Origin: an uncultured Anaerolineales bacterium
GTDB lineage: Bacteria; Chloroflexota; Anaerolineae; Anaerolineales; UBA11858
DNA: 64,000 nucleotides
Direction: 5' to 3'
Assembly (NCBI GenBank): GCA_964438295.1
Contig: CAYTKR010000004.1
Span: 9,849 to 73,848, forward strand
Shown: positions 18,639-28,038 of the stretch, piece after piece
Layout: each line of letters begins with the position of its first letter
How positions within the stretch are numbered: the first letter of the stretch is position 1
Translations under genes and position numbers: made by a program
The notes under the pieces: generated by a model
What the model was told of the DNA's origin: nothing
The model's database searches: none
What the model saw: only the letters and a program-made list of their open reading frames with translations

Positions 18639-19673
18639 ATGAAACGTTTCGCGTTGATCATCTCATTTTTGGTTCTGCTTTCGATGGCCTGTTCCCTGAT
18701 CAATTTTTTCGATCAGGATCAGGAGAGTCTAAATACTGAAGCGGCACAACCACTGCCTGAAGAGCCGCCCCAGCAGGGTCAGTCTCAACGTCGTTGTGGG
18801 GATGGAGTCTGTGATGGGCCAGAGAACAAGGAAACCTGTCCGGATGACTGCTCCCAACCCAGAGCGGAGTCTGAGCAACCAGGCCAGGGAGCAGTTGAAG
18901 AGCATTGGGTCATGAATCCCACCACTGGGGTGGAGTTGTATGTCCACATCACTTATCCCACAGGGGAAGGACCGTTCCCAGCCTTGGTCGTGGTCCCTGG
19001 CGGCATCGGAGCGGGGAATAAATTCCGCTTACCTGGTGCGATGGCAGAAGCATTGGCCGATGCAGGAATTGTCGCTGTGACCTTCGACCCCGATGGCCGC
19101 GGCCAGAGCGGTGGCGAAGAGGATTACAACGGTCACGCCCAACAAGACGGGTTGGCCGCGGTGATCGAATTTGCGACGGCTCTTGTCAAAATCGATCCCC
19201 AACGCATTGGGTTGGCATCGTTTTCGTACGGCATCACCATGGCATCCGGGACGTTGGCCCGATACCCTGAACTGCCGATCATGTTCTTAATGGATTGGGA
19301 AGGCCCCGCCGATCGTTTCGATACCACCGTCGAATGCAGCAATGGCACCAGAATTGATTTCAACCCCTGTGATGATGATGCCTATTGGGCGCAGCGCGAG
19401 GCTCTGACGTTTATCTCCAATGTGCGTGTTGCGTATCAGCGGCTGCAGAGCGAAAAGGATCATGTGCAACCCGATGTGAGCCATGCGATCAATATGATTA
19501 ACAACGCGGTGAACGGTGAGGCACCTTGGGCGCGGCTGAACGATTTACGCCCTAACGAAACCTATGACCTTGATGCCCCTCCAGCGTTGATCCCTGATGA
19601 GATGGACAAGGGTTTGGATTTGTTAGCGGTCCAATATGCTCTGGAGTTGTTTACGTTGCATGGCATTCCCTGA
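18639..19673 (+). CDS. secreted lipoprotein, alpha/beta-hydrolase-like, with a small Cys-rich insert
   Basis: Signal/lipobox MKRFALIISFLVLLSMAC-S, then the Cys-rich CGDGVCDGPENKETCPDDC, then a hydrolase-like body (PALVVVPGGIG). Confidence 0.7.
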   Translation: MKRFALIISFLVLLSMACSLINFFDQDQESLNTEAAQPLPEEPPQQGQSQRRCGDGVCDGPENKETCPDDCSQPRAESEQPGQGAVEEHWVMNPTTGVELYVHITYPTGEGPFPALVVVPGGIGAGNKFRLPGAMAEALADAGIVAVTFDPDGRGQSGGEEDYNGHAQQDGLAAVIEFATALVKIDPQRIGLASFSYGITMASGTLARYPELPIMFLMDWEGPADRFDTTVECSNGTRIDFNPCDDDAYWAQREALTFISNVRVAYQRLQSEKDHVQPDVSHAINMINNAVNGEAPWARLNDLRPNETYDLDAPPALIPDEMDKGLDLLAVQYALELFTLHGIP

Positions 19674-19844
19674 GATGGATATTTAAGTTGATGATGATTG
19701 TGAAAACAGGGTTTCAGTAGCTTTTGCGCCGCTGGAACCCTGTTTCGCGAAATAAGCCCCGATACGCGTTCCTGTCATAACGAATATTATGTGGGGGATT
19801 TTCATGTTTTTGTTGAAATACCCGAAAGAAACTGGAATTCGATA

Positions 19845-19872
19845 TTGACAAAGTTTGCTTTTTGTGTACAAT
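19845..19872 (+). promoter_or_regulatory. sigma70-type promoter of the GntR-led cluster
   Basis: TTGACA (19845-19850), a 16-nt spacer, then TACAAT (19867-19872). Confidence 0.6.
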
Positions 19873-19912
19873 TATACAAAGATACAATCATACAATAATA
19901 CAAAGATACAAT
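19866..19912 (+). promoter_or_regulatory. candidate operator array: near-palindrome GTAcAATTaTAC plus two 15-nt direct repeats ATACAAAGATACAAT
   Basis: The direct repeats are at 19874-19888 and 19898-19912 and are identical. They overlap the -10 box and the predicted transcription start. Confidence 0.45.
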
Positions 19913-19943
19913 TTGGCTAACCAACATAGTACTCGGAGTGTAT

Positions 19944-20357
19944 ATGCAAATAGAAATCGATCTGCTCTCGAAAATACCAATTTACGTGCAGATCATCGAC
20001 CAGGTCAAACACATGATTGCAACGGGCAGTCTGAAGCCCGGTGACCAGCTCCCCACTGTGCGGCAAATGGCGACAGACCTACGGGTAAATTTCAACACAA
20101 TTGCCCGTGCTTACCGGATGCTGGATGAAGAGGGTCTGATCTCTACCCAACATGGACGCGGGACCTATATCTTGCCGCCATCTTCGGAAGAGAATGGGGA
20201 GCGCTTGCGTCGCCAGGATATCGAATGGTTGACGCGACATTTTTTGAACGAAGCTGCGGGTCTAGAATACACGGCTGAAGAAGTTAGAAAGATTTTTGAA
20301 AGATATATCAATCAATGGATTGAAGGAGGCGCCCCACCTCCAGAACACAATCAGTAA
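19944..20357 (+). CDS. GntR-family transcriptional regulator, YtrA-like short subfamily
   Basis: wHTH region PGDQLPTVRQMATDLRVNFNTIARAYRMLDEEGLISTQHGRGTYI with only a short C-terminal extension. The ATG at 19944 has GGAG 6 nt upstream; the track start is GTG at 19938. Confidence 0.85.
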   Translation: MQIEIDLLSKIPIYVQIIDQVKHMIATGSLKPGDQLPTVRQMATDLRVNFNTIARAYRMLDEEGLISTQHGRGTYILPPSSEENGERLRRQDIEWLTRHFLNEAAGLEYTAEEVRKIFERYINQWIEGGAPPPEHNQ

Positions 20358-20374
20358 ATAGAGAGGAATATATT

Positions 20375-21307
20375 ATGAAAAACCCAACGTACCAACGTAT
20401 GCGAAAGTCCGATGTCAACGATCCCCGCATCAATGGCGTCGCAGGAGTCTTATTTGCCTTCTTTCTCACCATTGCGACCGCGGGCGCGGTGATCATGGGG
20501 ATAGAAAATGTAGATGCCTGGGTGATAATCGTCTATACCTTAGCATTCACTTTGGTCGGCCTTTACTTTATGTTTGCATTGAAGATCGCTGACCAATGGG
20601 AGAAAGCCGTTGTGCTGCGTTTTGGACGCTACCGTGGCTTGCTTGGCCCGGGGCTGTTTTGGATCATCCCTATTGTTGATACGGTCCCCGAATGGATCGA
20701 CCATCGTGTGATGGTGACCCCTTTCAGCGCTGAAAAAACATTGACCAAGGATACTGTTCCCGTCGACGTGGACGCGGTTCTGTTCTGGATGGTTTGGGAT
20801 GCCGAGAAGGCTGCCTTGGAAGTCGAGGATTACAAGATGGCCATAGCTTGGGCTGCGCAAACCGCGCTGCGCGAAGTCATCGGGCAGATGGATTTGGCCG
20901 ATATCCTGGTGGGGCGCGCCAAGATGGACGAGGATTTGCAGAAGATCATCGATGAGCGCACAACGCCTTGGGGTGTCACAGTACAATCGGTCGAGATCCG
21001 CGATATTGTCATACCACAGGAGTTAGAAGATACCATGTCACGCCAAGCGCAGGCCGAACGTGAACGCCAAGCCCGGGTGATCTTAGGTGAATCCGAAAAG
21101 CAAATCGCCGACTCGTTTTCCGAAGCTTCCAAAGCTTATGCTGATAACCCCACTGCCTTGCACCTGCGAGCCATGAACATGCTCTTCGAAGGACTGAAAG
21201 AAAAAGGTGCTATGGTCATCGTTCCCAGCAGCGCGGTGGACACCATGAATCTCGGCGGCCTGAGTGGGATGGTATCGCTGGCGAAAACTTCTGAAATCAA
21301 AGAATAA
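20375..21307 (+). CDS. SPFH/band-7 (stomatin-like) membrane protein
   Basis: N-terminal TM helices followed by an SPFH core (EKAVVLRFGRYRGLLGPGLFWIIP.., ALREVIG, RQAQAERERQA). Confidence 0.9.
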   Translation: MKNPTYQRMRKSDVNDPRINGVAGVLFAFFLTIATAGAVIMGIENVDAWVIIVYTLAFTLVGLYFMFALKIADQWEKAVVLRFGRYRGLLGPGLFWIIPIVDTVPEWIDHRVMVTPFSAEKTLTKDTVPVDVDAVLFWMVWDAEKAALEVEDYKMAIAWAAQTALREVIGQMDLADILVGRAKMDEDLQKIIDERTTPWGVTVQSVEIRDIVIPQELEDTMSRQAQAERERQARVILGESEKQIADSFSEASKAYADNPTALHLRAMNMLFEGLKEKGAMVIVPSSAVDTMNLGGLSGMVSLAKTSEIKE

Positions 21308-21386
21308 TCCCGATTGTTGGAAGCATGATATTTTGGCTCAGGGCCGCTGAAATGCCCTGGGCCAATCTGGATGAAAGGAGCCTCTC

Positions 21387-21614
21387 GTGGATGAAATCAA
21401 AAAATGGGAATACCAAGTTCTAACAATAGGATCGTTCTGGTCTGGAACAAAAGATGAACAAATTGCCGCCACACTGAATGCCTGGGGGGAAGAGGGGTGG
21501 GAAGCCATCCATGTGTACACACCCTCTAACAGCAACAAGGTGACGATTGTTGCCAAAAGGCAATTGACTGAATTGGTTCGCAGGCAGCGAACCCGGTTAC
21601 AGCGAGATTGGTAA
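21387..21614 (+). CDS. DUF4177-like small protein
   Basis: The KWEYQVLTI....LNAWGEEGWE pattern; GTG start with GAAAGGAG upstream. Confidence 0.7.
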   Translation: MDEIKKWEYQVLTIGSFWSGTKDEQIAATLNAWGEEGWEAIHVYTPSNSNKVTIVAKRQLTELVRRQRTRLQRDW

Positions 21615-21638
21615 TGTATTTGTGATGAGGAATAATCT

Positions 21639-22145
21639 ATGGCTTATCATGGTGCACATATTGCCGCTGCGGCGGCAGCAAAGAAACGAAGACTTGCAGA
21701 AGAAGCAGAGGAAGAGAAAATGACTAAGTACAATGAAGATAACAATGAGAAATGGGAATACAAGATCGTGCGCTCAGAATCGGGAGCCTTCCGGAATCCT
21801 AATGTATTGGCTGCTCTTATCGAAGAGGAGGCCTTAGCAGGATGGGAAATGTTGGAGAAGTTTGACAATCGCCGCGTCCGATTCCGGCGCTCCGTTGATG
21901 CTCGCAAACGTGATGAGATGCTCCCAAATGGCTATGATCCCTATCGCACAAATTATGGCAGCTCGCTCACGCGGACGGGCATAATGATTGCCCTTGGCTT
22001 GTTGATGCTTGGAGTATTTATGTTCAGCTTGTTGGCGTACCGCGGAGGGTCTAGTTTCCCCATTGCAGGTGTCGTCCCTGTGATCGCGATTCTTGTTGTA
22101 ATTGTGGCAATTGCAGCAGTAGTCGCAGTTGCTCGATCCCGTTAA
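21639..22145 (+). CDS. DUF4177-like domain protein with C-terminal TM helices
   Basis: KWEYKIVRSE...LAGWEMLEKFD, followed by two hydrophobic helices. Confidence 0.7.
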   Translation: MAYHGAHIAAAAAAKKRRLAEEAEEEKMTKYNEDNNEKWEYKIVRSESGAFRNPNVLAALIEEEALAGWEMLEKFDNRRVRFRRSVDARKRDEMLPNGYDPYRTNYGSSLTRTGIMIALGLLMLGVFMFSLLAYRGGSSFPIAGVVPVIAILVVIVAIAAVVAVARSR

Positions 22146-22155
22146 TCATTTTTAT

Positions 22156-22206
22156 GTTTCACGTGCAACAGGTTTCCGAATGCGGGAATCGTGTTTCACG
22201 TGAAAC
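22156..22206 (+). promoter_or_regulatory. pair of 14-bp palindromes, GTTTCACGTGcAAC and GTTTCACGTGAAAC
   Basis: The copies are at 22156-22169 and 22193-22206 (the second is perfect), with starts 37 nt apart. They lie in the 85-nt gap before the YhfC/ABC genes. Confidence 0.45.
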
Positions 22207-22230
22207 TTCAGTTGAGAGAATATAGGTAAA

Positions 22231-23097
22231 TTGATGGATGTATTCGTTCGTGCGTTGAATCCGTTTTTGATGATTGCTATGCCGCTTGCTCTGGGCGTTG
22301 TTCTTGCAAAACGCTGGAGGGTGGAGTGGAAAATCTTCGGTATTGGAGCCGTTGTGTTTATCGCCTCCCAAGTTTTACATATCCCCTTCAATCAGTGGGT
22401 GTTATCTGCGGGCATCGAGCGATTTGGTTTGGCTGGGGCAAAAAGTGGAAGCGGGTTGGTAGCCCTGGCTGTTTTGTATGGGCTATCTGCGGGAGTGTTC
22501 GAAGAGAGCGCGCGATATCTGACCTATCGTTTTTGGTTGAAGGATGAGAGAATCTGGAAATCAGCGGTGATGTTTGGAGCTGGGCATGGTGGCATCGAAG
22601 CTATCCTTCTCGGAGCGCTAGCCCTTTATGCGCTGATCCAAGCCCTGGTTTTGCGTGGTTCAAATTTGACGCAGGTCCTGCCCCCAGAACAGATCCAGTT
22701 AGCTCAATCCCAACTTGAATTTTATTGGTCTATGCCATGGCATCTAGCTTTGATGGGAGCCGTAGAACGAGTCGGAGCACTGTGCTTTCATCTGTCGGCT
22801 GCGGTGCTGGTGTTGCAGGCCTTTACACGTCAGAACCCCTTGTGGGTTGGAGCAGCCATCATCTGGCATACCGCCATAAACGCGCTGGCATTGATTGCAT
22901 TGCAGGTTTGGGGCGTCTATATCAGCGAAGGGGTCGTGCTTTTCATGGGATTACTGAGTATCGGAATCGTGCTGTTATTGCGCGATGATCATAGTGAGCA
23001 AGAACAGACCTCGGGTGCGCCTCCCATGCTAAATATTGAGCCCGAACAACCTGTGTTTTCAGAAGAAAATCTAGAAGACAGCAAGTACATTTCTTAG
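22231..23097 (+). CDS. YhfC-family intramembrane metalloprotease-like protein
   Basis: Polytopic membrane protein with FEESARY and GAGHGGIEA motifs. Confidence 0.75.
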   Translation: MMDVFVRALNPFLMIAMPLALGVVLAKRWRVEWKIFGIGAVVFIASQVLHIPFNQWVLSAGIERFGLAGAKSGSGLVALAVLYGLSAGVFEESARYLTYRFWLKDERIWKSAVMFGAGHGGIEAILLGALALYALIQALVLRGSNLTQVLPPEQIQLAQSQLEFYWSMPWHLALMGAVERVGALCFHLSAAVLVLQAFTRQNPLWVGAAIIWHTAINALALIALQVWGVYISEGVVLFMGLLSIGIVLLLRDDHSEQEQTSGAPPMLNIEPEQPVFSEENLEDSKYIS

Positions 23098-23105
23098 GTG
23101 CTTTT

Positions 23106-24041
23106 ATGGATAATTCGCAGATGATTGAGTTAGAAGGACTGTCGAAATCTTTTGGCAAAGTACAAGCTGTCGACAATTTGTCGTTCTCTGTACAGGCCGG
23201 GGAGATCTTTGGTTTATTAGGCCCCAATGGGGCTGGAAAGACGACCACCATCCGTATGTTAAGTGCTTTGATCGGGCCGAGTGCCGGAAAAGCTTGGGTT
23301 CACGGTTTTCAGGTGGGGCGGCAGGATCAGGAGATCCGTCGTAGTGTGGGCATCTTGACCGAGTCGCCGGGATTGTATAACCAGCTTAGCGCACAGAGAA
23401 ACCTCGATTTCTATGCCCAAATGTATGCTGTGGATGATACGGCTGGATACACCGGACAGGTGGAGCACTATCTGAAAATGCTGGGTCTGTGGGAGCGACG
23501 TCATGATGCCGTGGGTACGTTCTCCAAAGGAATGCGACAGAAATTGGCCATTGCCAGGGCGCTGCTGCATGAGCCCAGTGTGCTCTTTTTGGATGAGCCT
23601 ACCAGTGGCCTTGATCCGCAGGCAGCACGTATGTTGCGGGGTTTTATCGCTGATCTGAAGAGCGATGGACGAGCGATAATTCTATGTACCCATAACCTTG
23701 ATGAGGCGGATCGATTATGCGACCGCATTGCGGTGCTCAAGGGTAACTTATTGGCGTTAGATACGCCCACGGCGCTGCGACGAAAACTCTTCGGTCGCAA
23801 AGTTGTTTTTCATTTGAAAACGGCTGAGGCGCGTTTTGCTGAAGCCCTGGAAAACTTTGAGTTTGTGCAGTCTGTCGAGTTTATCGATAAAAAGCTTGTG
23901 ATTGGGTTAGATGAGCCAGAGCAACATAACCCTGGACTCGTCCGAGCGTTAGTTGAAGCAGGTGCTGAGGTTCAATTCGTTGGCGAACTGCGTCGCAGAC
24001 TTGAAGATGTTTACCTGCAGTTAGTGAACCAAGAGAATTGA
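23106..24041 (+). CDS. ABC transporter ATP-binding protein
   Basis: Walker A GPNGAGKTT, signature FSKGMRQK, Walker B LLFLDEPTSGLD. Confidence 0.9.
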   Translation: MDNSQMIELEGLSKSFGKVQAVDNLSFSVQAGEIFGLLGPNGAGKTTTIRMLSALIGPSAGKAWVHGFQVGRQDQEIRRSVGILTESPGLYNQLSAQRNLDFYAQMYAVDDTAGYTGQVEHYLKMLGLWERRHDAVGTFSKGMRQKLAIARALLHEPSVLFLDEPTSGLDPQAARMLRGFIADLKSDGRAIILCTHNLDEADRLCDRIAVLKGNLLALDTPTALRRKLFGRKVVFHLKTAEARFAEALENFEFVQSVEFIDKKLVIGLDEPEQHNPGLVRALVEAGAEVQFVGELRRRLEDVYLQLVNQEN

Positions 24042-24051
24042 TGGTGTTGCT

Positions 24052-24846
24052 ATGAAAAAAATCTGGACTCTGATCCGAAAAGAATGGGCCGAAGTATTCA
24101 AAAATCGCTTTGTTTTATTCACTGTTGCCTTCTTGCCCTTGCTATTCACAGCTCTACCGTTGATCATTCTCTATGTCAGTAGATCATCTGGAGATTGGAG
24201 TGATGCCATGGCGTTGTCCGATTTGCCACCTCAATTCCTTGAGATGTGCAGCGGATTGGACACCAGCGGCTGTATGCAGTACTTTATCGTCAGTCAATTC
24301 ATGCTTTTGTTCATGATGGTGCCGATGATCGTGCCGATCACCTTTGCCTCCTATTCTATTGTCGGGGAGAAGACCACCCGCACTCTCGAGCCTCTGCTAG
24401 CAACTCCGATTACGACCTTGGAACTTTTAGCGGGCAAGGCGCTGGCGGCGTCCATTCCGGCAGTGGTAGCAACTTGGCTGAGCTTCTTCTTGTATATGGT
24501 TGGGGCGCGAATGTTGGCAGTCAGTCCAGGAGTTTTGGGAAAGTTGTTCGATCCCTTGTGGTTAAGCGCTATCTTTGTGGTGGGGCCCCTGTTAGCCCTG
24601 GCTGGAGTCAGCTTGGCTGTGATGATCTCCTCCCGGGTCACGGACCCGCGGGTTGCGGAACAAATCTCTGCTATCTTTGTGTTACCTTTAATTGGTTTAT
24701 TTGTTGGTCAATCCACGGGGTTGATCTTCGTCAATGAACAGATCATTTTGTGGATGGCAGTAGGGTTATTGGTTCTCGATGCGGGATTGTTCGCTTTTGC
24801 AATCCAACTTTTTCAACGTGAGACGATCCTAACACGTTGGAAGTAG
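24052..24846 (+). CDS. ABC-2 type transporter permease
   Basis: Six predicted TM segments, starting 10 nt after the ATPase gene. Confidence 0.8.
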   Translation: MKKIWTLIRKEWAEVFKNRFVLFTVAFLPLLFTALPLIILYVSRSSGDWSDAMALSDLPPQFLEMCSGLDTSGCMQYFIVSQFMLLFMMVPMIVPITFASYSIVGEKTTRTLEPLLATPITTLELLAGKALAASIPAVVATWLSFFLYMVGARMLAVSPGVLGKLFDPLWLSAIFVVGPLLALAGVSLAVMISSRVTDPRVAEQISAIFVLPLIGLFVGQSTGLIFVNEQIILWMAVGLLVLDAGLFAFAIQLFQRETILTRWK

Positions 24847-24953
24847 ATGCCGTTAATCGCCAAAATCTCATCTCTATTTTTCTAATTTGCGGTTAGAATA
24901 ATGATGTCCCCCTTTGTGCCATAACATTGGGGTGATGTTTTCAGGGTAATTTA

Positions 24954-25694
24954 ATGAAACGAGCTATTCCATTTTTGTTGATATTGGTTCTATTGACCTC
25001 GCCAAATTTTGCAGCGGCTCAGGTTGAATCTGATCCACTGGTTATTAGCTTAGGTAAGGATTTTGGCTATGCTGCGGGTGGGAAAATCCAGGGCAGCTTT
25101 TCTTTGAAAGTACGCTCACCTGATGACCTCGTGCGTGTCGATTATTTGATCGATAATGTTCTCGTCCATACGGCGACTGAACCTCCTTTTCGTTTTCAGT
25201 TCAATACGGCGGATTTCTCAGCGGGTGAGCACAGTTTTAAGGCCGTTGGCTATCGAGAAAATGGCGCTCAGATCGTTTCTAGTGAGTTTACGCGCGAGTT
25301 TATCGATGCCAAGCAGGCTTGGGACAGCGTGGGTAAACTCATCGTGCCATTATTTGTCGTTGTAGGGGGTGTCTCTCTACTGGCTGCACTGGGATCAGTG
25401 AATTTTGGAAGAAAACGAGATTTCAAACTGGGAGAATACGGTCTGGCCGGAGGTGTTGTTTGTCCACGCTGCCAGCTACCGTATGCAAGGAATGTCCTAG
25501 CCCCAAACTTGGTTATTGGGAAGTTATCCCGATGCCCGCATTGTGGTAAATGGGCTGTACTGCCACGTGCATCTCAAATTGCTCTAAAAGCGGCTGAAGA
25601 TCGTTTTGCTGTAAAAGGTGTAATCGACTTAGAAGCGTTAGATGACGATAAGGATTATCGCAGGTTGCTCGATGACTCTCGTTTTGAGGATTGA
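24954..25694 (+). CDS. single-pass membrane protein: signal peptide, Ig-like ectodomain, cytoplasmic zinc ribbon
   Basis: Signal peptide MKRAIPFLLILVLLTSPNFAAAQ, TM helix LIVPLFVVVGGVSLLAALG, and the ribbon CPRC...CPHC. Confidence 0.7.
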   Translation: MKRAIPFLLILVLLTSPNFAAAQVESDPLVISLGKDFGYAAGGKIQGSFSLKVRSPDDLVRVDYLIDNVLVHTATEPPFRFQFNTADFSAGEHSFKAVGYRENGAQIVSSEFTREFIDAKQAWDSVGKLIVPLFVVVGGVSLLAALGSVNFGRKRDFKLGEYGLAGGVVCPRCQLPYARNVLAPNLVIGKLSRCPHCGKWAVLPRASQIALKAAEDRFAVKGVIDLEALDDDKDYRRLLDDSRFED

Positions 25695-25709
25695 TGAAAA
25701 GAGAAGATT

Positions 25710-26948
25710 ATGGCTACTCTCAATCAAGATAACCCAGATGTAGAATATCTGAACAGATTGGTTGAAATCAATCAGATACTGAATTCAGAGCTCGAACTGA
25801 GGCAGCAGTTGAAATATATTCTTGGCACGGCGGTAGACATCCTCGGCTGTGAAGCCACTTCTCTGATGTTCTACGATGAAGATGATCAATTGTTGAGTTT
25901 TGCGGTCTCCATAGGCGCGGAGTCCGAAGATCTTGAATCTATTCAAGTTCCTCTTGAGGGCAGCATTGCTGGGATAGTGTTCACCCAAAACCAACCCATG
26001 CTGATAAATGATGTCTCTCAAGAGCCCAATCACTACACTGTGGTTGAAGAGAGAACCGGGTTTAAAGTTCGAAGCCTCCTAGGAGTACCGATAAGTATTC
26101 GCGACCAAACGATCGGTGTGATGGAAGGCTTGAACAAATTGGATGGTGATTTTTCGGACCAAGATGTGCAGCTTCTCTCCTTGGTGGCTGCACAAGCCGC
26201 TGTGGCCATCAACAATGTGCGCATTATCAACGAACTACAGAATGCCAATGAAGAGTTACGGAAAGCGGACAAGCTTAAAGCTGACTTTATGGCCGTTTCA
26301 TCCCATGAGCTGCGCACGCCCTTGGGTATCATTCTTGGGTATGCTACGTTTCTGAAGGAAGAGGCTGAAGGAGACCTTTCAGAAATAGCTGAAACTGTAC
26401 ATACTGCCGCTATGCGATTACGCACATTGCTGGAAGACATGACCAATATGAACTTGTTACATACAGGCGCCACAGAGCTTCGACTTCAACCCTTGCAGGT
26501 TCAGTCAATGATCAGCGAAGTGTATGATGATGTATCTCAAATGGCTGAGGCAGGAGATTATCAGATAGACTTACTCTTGCCATCCCAAGAACTCTGGATT
26601 AATGCAGATGTGCGGCTCCAAAAAGTATTTGAAAACCTATTGAACAATGCCATGCGGTTTACGCCACCAGACGGTGAGATCACCTTAAAGCTATCGAGCA
26701 CTGATGAAGTGATTCTAATTGAGGTCAAAGATAGTGGGATTGGCATTGCCCCCGAAGAAGTCGAACGCATCTTTGAACAGTTCTATCAAATAGAACATCA
26801 CATGAGACGTCGCTATGAAGGTTTAGGTTTGGGATTAGCAATTGCCCAGGGGATGGTAGAACTTCATCAGGGCCGGATTTGGGCGGCATCAGATGGCCCA
26901 GGGAAGGGATCCACTTTCAAGGTTCAACTTCCGAGATATTATCCTTAA
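25710..26948 (+). CDS. GAF-domain sensor histidine kinase (no cognate response regulator adjacent)
   Basis: GAF region, H-box SSHELRTPL, and N and G boxes (LLNNAMRFTP, DSGIGI, GLGLGLAI). Confidence 0.9.
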   Translation: MATLNQDNPDVEYLNRLVEINQILNSELELRQQLKYILGTAVDILGCEATSLMFYDEDDQLLSFAVSIGAESEDLESIQVPLEGSIAGIVFTQNQPMLINDVSQEPNHYTVVEERTGFKVRSLLGVPISIRDQTIGVMEGLNKLDGDFSDQDVQLLSLVAAQAAVAINNVRIINELQNANEELRKADKLKADFMAVSSHELRTPLGIILGYATFLKEEAEGDLSEIAETVHTAAMRLRTLLEDMTNMNLLHTGATELRLQPLQVQSMISEVYDDVSQMAEAGDYQIDLLLPSQELWINADVRLQKVFENLLNNAMRFTPPDGEITLKLSSTDEVILIEVKDSGIGIAPEEVERIFEQFYQIEHHMRRRYEGLGLGLAIAQGMVELHQGRIWAASDGPGKGSTFKVQLPRYYP

Positions 26949-26988
26949 ACGAAAAAGCTGGCTTCTTGATTAGCCAGCTTTTTCGTTT
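26947..26988. terminator. bidirectional intrinsic terminator between convergent genes
   Basis: AAACGAAAAAGCTGGC-(10 nt)-GCCAGCTTTTTCGTTT with 16-bp arms. Confidence 0.8.
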
Positions 26989-26992
26989 ACTC

Positions 26993-27997
26993 TCAGGCCC
27001 CATGTTCAAGAGCCCAGTTCTCGATTTTTTCCTCTACCTGCTCTAAAAAGATATCCAAAGCCTCGACGCGTTCTGGGAAATCCTCGCCCAGTAATCCGAG
27101 TTGTTCGAAGGCCGATTGCCATTTTTGGAACGCGGTATCGCCCTCTGGTAGACAACCGGTGACATGAGTCCAGGTATGAAGTAGTGGCCAGATCACGTCT
27201 TTTGGTTTTGGGCTGGCTAACAGAGCTTCGAAGGCGCGCGCGTAGTAGTCTTTGCGGTAAAGATGAATACCAGGCGGTCGATTGATAATGGAAGTGCTGC
27301 TGAAGGTTGTTTTCCACACCGACACCCAATCTTGAAGCGTTTCGACTTCCACGCGTGGCGCTCCAAGCAAACCCATCAATCCAGCATACATTCCTGGCTG
27401 TTCCAAGGCTTGCACACGTCTGGCGAAGGCAATTAAAAAACGTCGATCTGTGAGAGGCTCACCTACCAATAGCGCTAGCCCATTGGCAGTATCTTCGATG
27501 CACTTCAAGTACTCAGAGACAGTATGATGGTTGCTCGTTGTGGGCGCTTCATGCAAAGACATCCAACCTTTGCGAGCATTTTCGATCAAAGTGCGCACGC
27601 GTATCATTGTATGATCTTCCCTATGAAACATCCCTCGAACTGTGGCGATCGTGAAATCGAGGAAATGCTGGGGGTCATGCATAACTTGGGCGTTATACAA
27701 GCTTGGCCCCATCCAGGGGTGCACACGTAGTTCTCGACCTTTTAAATATTCCTTTTGAGAATGGTGCTCGATATCCAGATGGACTTCATCAGTAAGCCTT
27801 AGGATTTCACGTGCTATCCTGGGGGTATCTGTGTGGATGAAGACAAGGTCAATATCCGTTGTGTTTCCCAGCAGTGGATCATCCCCCATCACCAGCGAAC
27901 CTCGCAAATATGCGGCCAAGATATCATAATTGGCACGCGTAATTTTCTCTACGGTTGTATCAGCAAATTGTTTCAGGATACCAGAAGTAATTTGCAT
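26993..27997 (-). CDS. Pol-beta-superfamily nucleotidyltransferase-domain protein, function unknown
   Basis: The N-terminal LRGSLVMGDDPLLGNTTDIDLVFIH fits the GS...DxD NTase motif. The C-terminal two thirds is helical with no recognised family. Confidence 0.65.
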   Translation of the reverse strand: MQITSGILKQFADTTVEKITRANYDILAAYLRGSLVMGDDPLLGNTTDIDLVFIHTDTPRIAREILRLTDEVHLDIEHHSQKEYLKGRELRVHPWMGPSLYNAQVMHDPQHFLDFTIATVRGMFHREDHTMIRVRTLIENARKGWMSLHEAPTTSNHHTVSEYLKCIEDTANGLALLVGEPLTDRRFLIAFARRVQALEQPGMYAGLMGLLGAPRVEVETLQDWVSVWKTTFSSTSIINRPPGIHLYRKDYYARAFEALLASPKPKDVIWPLLHTWTHVTGCLPEGDTAFQKWQSAFEQLGLLGEDFPERVEALDIFLEQVEEKIENWALEHGA

Positions 27998-28038
27998 CTC
28001 TCTTCCTCCTTACTCCGGAGCAGGACTCGACTCAGTGA

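Noticed and set aside
19862-20044. A 60-aa ORF containing the duplicated peptide IIQRYN.
   Set aside because: The duplication is simply the translation of the two 15-nt direct repeats in the GntR promoter region, and the ORF overlaps the real GntR gene out of frame.
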